Shown here piece after piece: positions 19,221 to 28,700 of a stretch of DNA of 64,000 nucleotides. Position 1 is the first letter of the stretch, and every line of letters starts with the position of its first letter. Made by a program: the position numbers and the translations under genes. Below the pieces are notes generated by a model. The model did no database searches. It had not been told where the DNA came from and worked only from the letters and a program-made list of their open reading frames with translations. The stretch is from Chthoniobacteraceae bacterium (lineage in GTDB: Bacteria > Verrucomicrobiota > Verrucomicrobiia > Chthoniobacterales > Chthoniobacteraceae). The DNA lies in contig JANNXQ010000273.1 of NCBI GenBank assembly GCA_031409655.1, positions 1 to 64,000 of the forward strand, given 5' to 3'.

Positions 19221-20696
19221 ATGAATTGGTTCAATGCCATCGCCGTCGGGCTGAAAGAAATCTTTGCGAACAAGTTTCGCTCGATGCTGACGATGCTGGG
19301 GATCATCCTCGGGGTGTCGAGTCTGGTGGCGATGTCGGCGCTGGTAAAAGGGATGGAGAATGGGATGAAGGAGGCGCTGATCGCGATCGGGGGGCTGGAG
19401 AAGGTGCGGATCGAGGAGCAGGACATCCCGGTCTGGCAGCAGCATCTGGCGGATCAGGCAGTGGGGACGACGATGGCGGATGTCCATGCGCTGCTGCGCA
19501 GCGCGCCGCTGGTGACGATGGTGGTGCCGGAGATGCGTTCGCGGAGCATCACGCTGACGCGCGAAGGGAAGAGCATCAATCCCTATAACTTCGTGGGCAC
19601 CTGGCCAAACGCGGTGGAACTGAACCAGCATGTGCTGGCGCATGGCCGCATGTTTAATGAGTTGGATGATGAAAATGCGCGCAATGTGTGTGTGATCGGC
19701 ACGGCGACGCGGGATGCGCTCTTCGGTTCGCCGGAGCAGGTGGGGCGCGAGGTCATCCCGATCGGGGAATTCATCAGCGTGAACAATCAGCGTTTCCGGA
19801 TCATCGGAATGTTCGAGCACTACGAGAGCGAGCAGGACAAAAAATTGCGGGAAGTGGAGGCGGCGAAACCGCTGGAGCCGAAGGCGGGCGGGCCGGAGCG
19901 GAGTCGCGGCTACGGGAGCATGAGCGGCAGTAAGAGCGGGAGCCGGAGCGCGGGCGGGTTCGTTTTTGATCTGAAAAATCACACGGTGTACATCCCGCTG
20001 AATACGATGTGGCTCCGCTTCCGGGCAGCGACGGGGATCGCGCTGAGCAGCGGTGGCGGCTCCAGCAGTTCGAGCCGGAGCAGTGGCTCGAGCCTCAGCA
20101 GCGCCAGCGGCAGCACCTCGAGCCCGGAGTTTGTGCCGGACAATCGGCTTTCCACGCTTTCGATCAAAATCGCGAACATCGACAAGATGGACGAGGCGCT
20201 GCAGCAGGCGAAAAACGTCCTGATGCACTCGCACAAAGGCATCGAGGATTTCTCGTTTCGGACGCAGGAAAATTGGTCGGAAGGCATCACCCAGGCGATC
20301 AGCAATGCGCGGATGAGCGGCGGGATCATCGCGGCGATCAGCCTGCTCGTGGGCGGGATCGGGATCATGAATATCATGCTCGCGAGCATCACCGAGCGGG
20401 TGCGCGAGATCGGCATCCGGAAGGCGATCGGGGCGACGTTCTTTGATGTCTTCACGCAGATTCTGGTGGAGAGCGTGGTCCTCGCGATCATCGGCGGGCT
20501 CGCGGGTCTGCTGACTTCAAATCTGCTCGTGAAACTGCTCGTGGCGATGTCGCCGACGGAGAACACCCCGGAGATCACGATGCACACGATGATCCTGGCC
20601 TTCGGCTTCAGCGTGGCCGTGGGCATCCTCGCGGGGCTTTTCCCAGCGTTTAAGGCGGCGAAGCTCAACCCGATTCAAGCCTTGCGGTACGAGTGA
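19221..20696 (+). CDS. MacB/FtsX-like ABC transporter permease (paralog 1)
   Basis: NKFRSMLTMLGIILGV, ISLLVGGIGIMNIMLASITERVREIGIRKAIGA, PIQALRYE. Confidence 0.93.
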   Translation: MNWFNAIAVGLKEIFANKFRSMLTMLGIILGVSSLVAMSALVKGMENGMKEALIAIGGLEKVRIEEQDIPVWQQHLADQAVGTTMADVHALLRSAPLVTMVVPEMRSRSITLTREGKSINPYNFVGTWPNAVELNQHVLAHGRMFNELDDENARNVCVIGTATRDALFGSPEQVGREVIPIGEFISVNNQRFRIIGMFEHYESEQDKKLREVEAAKPLEPKAGGPERSRGYGSMSGSKSGSRSAGGFVFDLKNHTVYIPLNTMWLRFRAATGIALSSGGGSSSSSRSSGSSLSSASGSTSSPEFVPDNRLSTLSIKIANIDKMDEALQQAKNVLMHSHKGIEDFSFRTQENWSEGITQAISNARMSGGIIAAISLLVGGIGIMNIMLASITERVREIGIRKAIGATFFDVFTQILVESVVLAIIGGLAGLLTSNLLVKLLVAMSPTENTPEITMHTMILAFGFSVAVGILAGLFPAFKAAKLNPIQALRYE

Positions 20697-20712
20697 GGGC
20701 GCAGCGCGGTGC

Positions 20713-20740
20713 TTGAATCACCCGGGCGGCGCGGTATCCT
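20713..20740 (+). promoter_or_regulatory. Candidate promoter for a near-leaderless Uma2 transcript
   Basis: TTGAAT-16 nt-TATCCT, 7 nt before ATG 20748. Confidence 0.4.
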
Positions 20741-20747
20741 TCCAGAA

Positions 20748-21374
20748 ATGTCCGTCGCTGCCCAAGCTTCACCCCCTTCCGTCGAGGAATACCTCGTGCT
20801 CGAGCGCGCGGCGCAAAACAAGAGCGAATATCACGACGGGCGGATCGTGGCGATGGCAGGCGGCACGGGGCCGCATTCGCAAGTTGCCGCGGCTTTCACG
20901 CGCGAACTGGGCAACTTCGCGAAAGTGAAAGGCTGCGTCGTTTTCAACTCCGATATGAAGCTGCGCATCCGCGAAAACAACCGCTTCTGCTACCCGGATG
21001 TCTCCGGCCTGTGCGGACGGCCCGAGTATCTCGACGAGACGCGCGATGTGCTGCTGAACCCGTCTTTAATCGTCGAGGTGCTCTCGAAAAGCACGGAGGC
21101 TTTTGACCGCGGGCGCAAGCTGGCGCTCTACATGGCGCTGCCCGCGGTGGTGGAGATCGCGCTGGTCAGCGTCATGGAAGTGCGCGTGGACAAATACACC
21201 CGGCAGCCCGACGGCATCTGGCGCTTCGATGGCTACTCGGGGCCCGAAGCGGAGGTGCCCTTTACTTCGCTCGGTTGCGCGGTTTCGCTGCGGGAGGTCT
21301 ATGCGGGCGTGGAACTCGACCCGCCCGGCCCGGAGCCCGGCATCGTGATCATCGAGCCGCCCGCCACGCAATGA
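20748..21374 (+). CDS. Uma2 (DUF820) PD-(D/E)xK family putative endonuclease
   Basis: SVEEYL...KSEYHDG.IVAMAGG..H, YPDVS, PSLIVEVLSKSTEAFDRG.K..Y. Confidence 0.92.
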   Translation: MSVAAQASPPSVEEYLVLERAAQNKSEYHDGRIVAMAGGTGPHSQVAAAFTRELGNFAKVKGCVVFNSDMKLRIRENNRFCYPDVSGLCGRPEYLDETRDVLLNPSLIVEVLSKSTEAFDRGRKLALYMALPAVVEIALVSVMEVRVDKYTRQPDGIWRFDGYSGPEAEVPFTSLGCAVSLREVYAGVELDPPGPEPGIVIIEPPATQ

Positions 21375-21429
21375 GCGACCGGGAGCGGGAACGCTCGATC
21401 GCGATCCGTCTGCCCTGAGGCCCAGAGCT

Positions 21430-22800
21430 GTGTTTTTCCTCAACGCCATCCTGGTGGGCCTGCGCGAGATTTTTGCGAATAAGTTTCGCTCGCTGCTGAC
21501 GATGCTCGGGATCGTGCTCGGGGTCTCGAGTCTCGTGGCGATGGCGGCCATCGTGAAGGGCATGGAGAACGGGATGAAGGAAGCGATGATCGCGCTCGGG
21601 GGCCTGGACAAGGCGCTGACGCGCGAGGCTCCGGTGCCGGTCTGGCAGAGTCATCTCGCAGATCAGGCGCCGGGCCGCACGCTGAAGGACGTGGAGGCGC
21701 TGCGCCGCAGTGCGCCGCTCATCCGGATGGTCTCGCCGGAGATGGCGCTGGATCGGGTGCTGATCACGCGCGGCGAGTTGCGGGTGAAGCCGATGGAGTT
21801 TGTGGGCGTCTGGCCAGTAGTGCTGGAGATGAATCTGCACAACCTCGAGCACGGACGCTTTTTCAATGAGCTCGATGAGGAGAATGCGAACGCCGTGTGC
21901 GTGATCGGCACGGGGATACGCGATGCCCTCTTCGGTTCGCCGGAGCAGCTCGGGCGCGAGGTGGTGCCGCTCGGCGAGCTGGTGCAGATCAATGGCCAGA
22001 CCTTCACGATCATCGGGATGTTTGAGCACTACGAGAGCGAGGGCGACAAACGGAAGCGCGCGCTGGCGCGGGACAATCCCGAGCTGGAAAAGAAACACAC
22101 CGTGGAGCGCGGACGCCCTGGCTACCGCAGCGCGAGCAGTGGGAGTGGCTGGGCCTTTGAGCGGAAAAATATGACTGCTTACATCCCGCTGAACACGATG
22201 TGGCTGCGCTTCCGTGCCTCCAGCGGGCTGAATAACATCCCCGACCCCACGCTGACCGACATCGATCTGAAAGTGAATGATCTCAGCGAGATGGATTCCG
22301 CGCTGGGCCAGGCGCGCAATGTCCTCCTGGCGACGCACGGAGGCATCGAGGACTTCACCTTTGCCACGCAGGAAAATAACCTTGAGAGCATCAATCTCGC
22401 GATCCGTAACGCGCGGATGAGCGGCGGAATCATTGCGGCGATCAGCCTGCTCGTGGGCGGGATAGGGATCATGAATATCATGCTCGCGAGCATCACCGAG
22501 CGGGTGCGCGAGATTGGGATTCGCAAGGCGATCGGAGCGACGTTCTTCGATGTCTTCACGCAGGTCATCGTGGAGAGCGTGGTCATCGCGATGCTCGGCG
22601 GCATCGCGGGGCTGGGCGCGTCCTGGCTGCTCGTCCATCTGCTCGGCGTGCTCTCACCCACGGAGAATACGCCCATGATCACGGCGGAGAGTCTGATCTT
22701 CGCATTCGCTTTCAGCGTCGCCTCGGGCTTGGTCGCGGGGCTCTATCCGGCGATCAAAGCGGCGCGGCTGAGTCCGATCCAGGCGCTGCGTTACGAGTGA
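21430..22800 (+). CDS. MacB/FtsX-like ABC transporter permease (paralog 2)
   Basis: Same motifs as paralog 1; GTG start. Confidence 0.93.
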   Translation: MFFLNAILVGLREIFANKFRSLLTMLGIVLGVSSLVAMAAIVKGMENGMKEAMIALGGLDKALTREAPVPVWQSHLADQAPGRTLKDVEALRRSAPLIRMVSPEMALDRVLITRGELRVKPMEFVGVWPVVLEMNLHNLEHGRFFNELDEENANAVCVIGTGIRDALFGSPEQLGREVVPLGELVQINGQTFTIIGMFEHYESEGDKRKRALARDNPELEKKHTVERGRPGYRSASSGSGWAFERKNMTAYIPLNTMWLRFRASSGLNNIPDPTLTDIDLKVNDLSEMDSALGQARNVLLATHGGIEDFTFATQENNLESINLAIRNARMSGGIIAAISLLVGGIGIMNIMLASITERVREIGIRKAIGATFFDVFTQVIVESVVIAMLGGIAGLGASWLLVHLLGVLSPTENTPMITAESLIFAFAFSVASGLVAGLYPAIKAARLSPIQALRYE

Positions 22801-22810
22801 CCGCGCGCGA

Positions 22811-23308
22811 TCAGTTCCACAAGGCCGCGAGGTCGGGATCGACGCGGGCGTTTTTCTTCATCGCGGCGTTTAACTCGATGGCGGCGTCGATGCATTCGCG
22901 GGCAGCGGCGAGATCGCCGAGGCGGGCTTCGTAGCAGGCGAGATTGTAGTGCAGGATGCCGGTGCGGCGGACCCACTCCGGCGCGGACTGGAGGACGGCG
23001 ACCGCTTTCGCCCCCTGCTGCATCTGGTTCAGGGAAAAGGCGTGCTGCACGGTGAACTCCTGCTCATCGGGGTGCTTCGCCGCCCCGTGGCGGGAGAGAT
23101 TTTCGGCGGCCTTCCACTTTCGCAGGTGCAGGAGGACCCGGATACGGGCGAGTTGGACGGGGGCCAGTTCGCGCTCGGGAGGGACGATGGCGTCGAGCGC
23201 GGCGAGCGCTTCGCGGGGCATCGCGAGGACGAGGTAGCCATCCGTGGCATGGAGGGCGCGTTGGGTTTCCGGGCTTGGGGTAAGTTGGGGCGTGCTGAGA
23301 TAGAGCAT
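22811..23308 (-). CDS. TPR-like helical repeat protein
   Basis: ATDGYLVLAM..EA, LHYNLACYEARLG...ARVDPDLAALW. The start is uncertain: ATG 23308, or up to 23512 with a Pro-rich leader. Confidence 0.75.
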   Translation of the reverse strand: MLYLSTPQLTPSPETQRALHATDGYLVLAMPREALAALDAIVPPERELAPVQLARIRVLLHLRKWKAAENLSRHGAAKHPDEQEFTVQHAFSLNQMQQGAKAVAVLQSAPEWVRRTGILHYNLACYEARLGDLAAARECIDAAIELNAAMKKNARVDPDLAALWN

Positions 23309-23535
23309 TGCTAGAGTGAGAGTCGCGGGGTCTGGGAGGCGGGGATTTCGGGGCAGATCGGAATCTCCGGGGGGCGGGATTCGTGGGCGGCCGGTTTCCA
23401 TCGGCGGCGGTAGCTCGATTCCCGGAGCCTCACCGGTCGTTGCTGGAGGCGGGGCGATGCTTTCAGCGTGCGGTTCATGGCGAACCATCGACGCGAAGGC
23501 GTAAAATGGCAAATGCGGGGGACCGCGAGCGCGCC

Positions 23536-25161
23536 TCAGCCGACGTTGGAACCCGCCTTGCCGCGCGGATTGAAGCCGCTGAGGTCGAGGACTTTCACCT
23601 TCGTGACTCCATCGAAAATGCTCACGGCCGCATCGTCGCCCGTCGCTTTGCCCGCGATGATGTCGGCGAAACCGTCGCCGTCCAGATCCGCGGCCGCGAG
23701 GCGCACCCCGTGGCGGGCAGTCGTGCGGAATTCGGAAAGTTGTGTCAGGGTGTGGTCGAAGATCCGCACGAGATTCGTGCCCTTGGCAGTGCCGACGATG
23801 ATCTCGTCGATGCCGTCGCCATTCACATCGCCCGCCGCGACGGTCACGCCACCTTTATAGCCGCGATCGAAGGCCTGAAACTGCTTACCCGCGACTTCGA
23901 CCCCGGTGAGTCCGTCAAAGACCTTCACCGCGGAGCCAATGCCTGCACCGACGATCACCTCATCCTTCCCATCCCCATCGAGATCTCCGGCCGCGACGCG
24001 CAGGCCGCCAGTGACTTTTGAAAGCGCGGTAAACTTGTTCAAGAGCGAGCCATCCACCCCACTGAAAATGCGCACCTGGCCGAGGCTGCCGGAGGCTGGC
24101 GAGACGATGATGTCCGCGCGTCCGTCGCCATTCACATCGCCTGCCGTCACATTCACCGCACCGAGGATGCCGCTGCCGAAAGGGCGGAAGTCGCCGAGCA
24201 CCCCGGCGAACGGAGCGTGATTCGGATCGGCGCCATCGAAAACGCGGACGTGCGCGCCGCCGACACTCCCCCGACCGGAGCCGACGATGATATCTTCGAC
24301 GCCGTCGCCATTGACGTCGCCCGTGGCCACGCGCACCCCGTATTTATTGCGCGGACCGAAGGCGCTGAAACTTTCCTTCAGCGCTCCAGACGAGCGATCG
24401 AAGACCTGCACCAGCGAGCCGGTCCCCGCGCCAGTGACCACGAGCGGCGTCGCGTCTGGTGGCACCGGACCAGGAGCGAGGATGGCGACACTGGCCGGCT
24501 CAGAACCAGCGAGCGCGGCGGAGCCAGTTTCAAGAAAGGTGCGGGCCGTCGTGCGCAGGACCATCCATGAGCTGAGCGGGTTGTCCACCGTGAGCGGGCT
24601 CGCCGTGCTTCCGACGACGGTCGGCGCGAAGTCAAAAGTCACGACCCCGGCAGAGAAGGAGTAGAGCACCGGCATCCGCGCACCGCCGATTTTCCCGTTC
24701 AAAGGATCCGTCGAGACGATCGGGCCAATGCGGGGATCGAGACCGCCGGACACGTCGAAGGGAGCGAAAGTGGAGAGCGCCACGCGATCGATATGCCCGG
24801 TCGGGTCGCCGCTGGTCACGTTCACCTGATAGTAAAAATCGATGCCACCGATCGGGAAGTTCGCAGCGTCGGCAGTCGCCGTCCGGCGGACCGCAATGCT
24901 CTCGACGGTGCCCTTGTAAAACTGTGTATCGAAGGTTGAGACTTGCGTGTCGAGAATCGTGCCGAGGTTCTCGGTGTTGAAAATGGCAGGAGGGACTGAA
25001 AATACATCCTGCGCAGCCGCGAAGATTTCGTCACTCTCGGAGCTACCCCCACCCAGGCCCGAAGTCTCCGCCAAGGCCCAGGGGATTCCGGCAGGAGCGA
25101 TGCGGGGTTCCAGAGGCTCGGCGGCCACCAGATAACGGTCGGTTTTCGCGGGCGAGGTCAT
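23536..25161 (-). CDS. FG-GAP/VCBS-repeat extracellular protein with LEPRxLL-like N-terminal motif
   Basis: EPLEPRIAPA near the N-terminus; five [VL][AT][AT][GA]D[VL][ND]GDG..[DE][IV]I repeats. Confidence 0.85.
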   Translation of the reverse strand: MTSPAKTDRYLVAAEPLEPRIAPAGIPWALAETSGLGGGSSESDEIFAAAQDVFSVPPAIFNTENLGTILDTQVSTFDTQFYKGTVESIAVRRTATADAANFPIGGIDFYYQVNVTSGDPTGHIDRVALSTFAPFDVSGGLDPRIGPIVSTDPLNGKIGGARMPVLYSFSAGVVTFDFAPTVVGSTASPLTVDNPLSSWMVLRTTARTFLETGSAALAGSEPASVAILAPGPVPPDATPLVVTGAGTGSLVQVFDRSSGALKESFSAFGPRNKYGVRVATGDVNGDGVEDIIVGSGRGSVGGAHVRVFDGADPNHAPFAGVLGDFRPFGSGILGAVNVTAGDVNGDGRADIIVSPASGSLGQVRIFSGVDGSLLNKFTALSKVTGGLRVAAGDLDGDGKDEVIVGAGIGSAVKVFDGLTGVEVAGKQFQAFDRGYKGGVTVAAGDVNGDGIDEIIVGTAKGTNLVRIFDHTLTQLSEFRTTARHGVRLAAADLDGDGFADIIAGKATGDDAAVSIFDGVTKVKVLDLSGFNPRGKAGSNVG

Positions 25162-25340
25162 GGTCAGTGGCGTGAATGGAGGAGTCGGCGCGCAGGGCCC
25201 TCAGCGTGGAGTCCGGAGAAAAGTCCCCGTCAAATCCTGGCGTATACATGGCAAACGGAGGGCTCATTCGTCAAGGAAGAAGCCGGAAACTTACGGTCGT
25301 TATCGTTTTTAAGCTCCCGCAACGACCCCTTCGATCGCTC

Positions 25341-25553
25341 CTACTTTGGCCTCTCGTCGAGGAGGGTTTTCCGATCCTTTTTCCACATCCAATCGCCGGG
25401 CTTCGGCGTGGGCGTGGGCGTGGGCGTCGCGAGCTTCGCGGCCTCCCGTTTCTCCGCCACCTCTTTTTCCAAAACTTCTGCCTCCGTAGGCTTCCTTTCG
25501 CAGGCCGCGAAGGAGAGGACGAGGGCGACGAAAAGGAGGCAGGTGCGGAACAT
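25341..25553 (-). CDS. Small putative lipoprotein with PT repeat
   Basis: Hydrophobic leader with lipobox-like FAAC; ATPTPTPTPKPGDWMWK. Confidence 0.65.
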   Translation of the reverse strand: MFRTCLLFVALVLSFAACERKPTEAEVLEKEVAEKREAAKLATPTPTPTPKPGDWMWKKDRKTLLDERPK

Positions 25554-25777
25554 TGCTCAGACAGTGGGCTCGGGAAGCGAAGTAGACTCCAACCAAAGCG
25601 GGTGGCAATCTCCTTTATCGCCGGACAAAATTCTTCAGGCACGGCAGACAAACCAGACCGCGCACTTCGTGAATAGAGCAAGTATCTGCCTGAGGCCGAC
25701 GGCGGTGCGCTTGAAACCGCTCCTCGTTCCTGGGCTTGAAGATTCACCCGTCCACTGCCACTCTCCACTTCCCTGCC

Positions 25778-28700
25778 ATGAACCCACTTGCCGCTACCGT
25801 GCGCGTCTTCGTCGTCCTCGCGCTTCTCTCCCTTGATCTCCTCAGCGCCGGTCGAGCTCCTGGCGACTCCACCGTTTCCCGCGCTGCGGCCATTGATTCC
25901 GTCCGCGGACGCACCGTGCGCGTGCGGGTGCCGGCGGGATTCGACAGTGTGACTCTCGAGCGCTGCACCAGCGTGCGCCTCGGGCAGTGGCAAGTGGTCG
26001 GCACGAAGGCCACCGCGCGCACTGCGGGCGCCGTGACTTTTGAGCTTCCGGCGGCGGTCTCGCGGCGTTTCCTCCGGGTGAAAGCGCAAGTCGCCGCCCG
26101 GGGGCTCGCCGGCGCCCGCCTTTTCCTCGCCGATCCCGCGCTCGCCAGCGGCGGTCCGTTCGCGGTTTCGGATGGCCTCATCAAATCCGGTGCCGGCACC
26201 TTGGCCCTGTCCAGCAGCGCGTCCGCGGCGGACGGTTCCGAGACCCGCACTGTCTCCGAGTCCGATATCTGGCGCCTGGCGGGCGACCGCCTTTACTTTT
26301 TCAATGAGCTGCGCGGCCTGCAGGTTTTCGACATCACGAATCCCGACGACCCAGCGCTGCTCGGCCAAATGCGCGCCGCGGGCAACGGGGAGGAAATGTA
26401 TGTGCTCGATGCGACGCACGTCGTCCTCCTGACGCGCGGGACGCGGCTCATGCCGCTGCGGGTGGCGAGCTCCTTTGCGCCCTACTTCGGCGGCAACGAG
26501 ACGAGTAGCGTGATCGTCGCCGATGTCTCAAAGGGCGTTCCGACGGAGGCCGCTGCGGTCGAGTATCGCGGCTCCCTACGCGAAAGCCGGCTCGTCGGCT
26601 CGGTGCTCTACGTCGTCTCGGAAGTCTGGAACTATTCGGGCGCGACGGATCAGCAGCACGGCCTTGAAGTCACCTCCTTTGACCTGAGCGATCCTGCTCA
26701 TCCCGTGAAGCGCGACACCCTCTTCCTAGGCAATTGGGGCGGCGTCATCACGGCCACGGATCGCTATCTCTTCGTCGTCCACTACGGCGCTGACTGGCAA
26801 TCCTCCGTGATCGACATCGTGGACATCTCGTCGCCCACGGGCGTGCTGGTGAAGCGCGGTCAAATCGCGACTGCCGGCACGGTGAACGACAAATTCAAGA
26901 TGCACCTCGACGGCGACATCTTCACCGCCATCTCGGCCATCCCGCGGCAATGGCGCGAAGGGCAGTGGGTGAATGGCATCGCGCCGGAAGATGCCTCGCG
27001 CACCAAGATCGAAACCTTCTCCCTCACGAATCCCGATGCCCCGGCGAAACTCGGCTCGCTGGAACTCGGCGTGGGTGAAACGGTTCGCGCCACGCGCTTC
27101 GACGACAAACGGCTCTACGTCGTGACCTTCTTTCAGATCGACCCGCTCTGGGTCGTGGATCTCTCGCAACCCGCCACCCCCACCCTGCTCGGCGAACTCG
27201 AGGTGCCCGGCTTTTCCAGCTACATCCTCCCGCTCGGCGACCGGCTCGTGGCCATCGGGCGCTTGGGCGCGCAGACCGCAGTGTCGCTCTTCGATGTGAG
27301 CGATCCCGCGCATCCCACCGCGCTCAGCCAGCTCCCGCTCGGCGATGGCTCCAGCTACTCCGAGGCAAACTGGACCGAGAAAGCCTTCAACGTCATGCCG
27401 GAGGAAAATCTCATCGTGGTCCCTTACTCCGGTTACGAGCCCGGCTCGGGTTACGCGAATCGCGTGCAACTCATCGACCTGCAGCGCAACGCGCTCGTGA
27501 AGCGCGGCGTGGTCGAGCACGGCTTCGCCGCCCGCCGCACTGCGGTGAAAGGCAACCGCCTCCTCGCCATTTCCGCGACGGATCTCGTGACCGTAAATTT
27601 CAACGACCGCGACAAGCCGGTGGTGACCTCCGCTGTGGAGATCGCCTGGCGCGTCGATCGCGTCTTCCTGGCGGGCGATCACCTCGTGCAGATCGGCGGC
27701 GCGGCGGATTGGACTAGCACCCGCCAGCAAACCCTGACGGTCTCGACCGCTACCGCGCCGGACACGGCGCTCACCGCCGTCCAACTCGATGCCGCGCCCG
27801 TGGTTGGCGCGAGTCAGCGCGATGGCCGCCTCTACGTGGCGCAATACAAGGCCGCATTTTACACCGCCCCCGATGACATCGTCGGTCGGGAGAAGACGAA
27901 CGCGAACGTGCTGCAAAAAGCGTCCCTCACGCTCTCCGTCTTCGATCTCACGAGCCTCCCCGCGATCCCCCGCCTAGCGCAGACGACGTCCGAAGTGGAC
28001 CTCGGCTACGCCCATGAACTGACCGCCGCGTGGCCCAGCGCTGGCGTGCTCGTGTGGGTGCGGCAGCAGGCTTTTCGCTGGGGCTGGCCGTATCCCTTTT
28101 ATGGGGATATCGGGATCACGCGACTCCCGACGGCCCGTGCCGTAGCCAGCCCTACCGTGACGTTGGCGGCCAGCGTCGCGAGTTCCAGCCCGGGGACGGA
28201 CACCCCGAGAATTTCACCCACGGCGAACACGCGCCTCGCCCGGAGTTCGGCGATCGCAGCGACCAGCAGCCTGACGATCGCGCCCTCATCCCTCCGCATT
28301 GCCTATCCCTGGTGGAACTACTCCACGGATGGTCCCGAGGCCGTCGTTTTCGACGTGAGCAACCCCACCGCGCCCACTCTCGCTTCCAAGCTCGAACTCC
28401 GCACTGGCACGACGGGCGAATGGAGCGAGCCCTTTGCCGCCGCGGGGAAACTCTACGTGAGTTCGGTGGCCTACGAAGATTTCGTGACCATCGGCGACAA
28501 GACCACGAACGCCGATTCCACACCGTCCCGGCGCAATCGCCACTTTCTCAAAGTCGTGAACCTCGCGGACCCCGCCAGACCCGTGACCGCGCCGGACGTA
28601 AACATTCCCGGAAAACTCCTCGGCATCTCGAATGCCGGCGCGCGGCTCTACACCGTAGGCTGCCGGTATGAAGCCGACGGCACGCCCGTCGCGAACCGCG

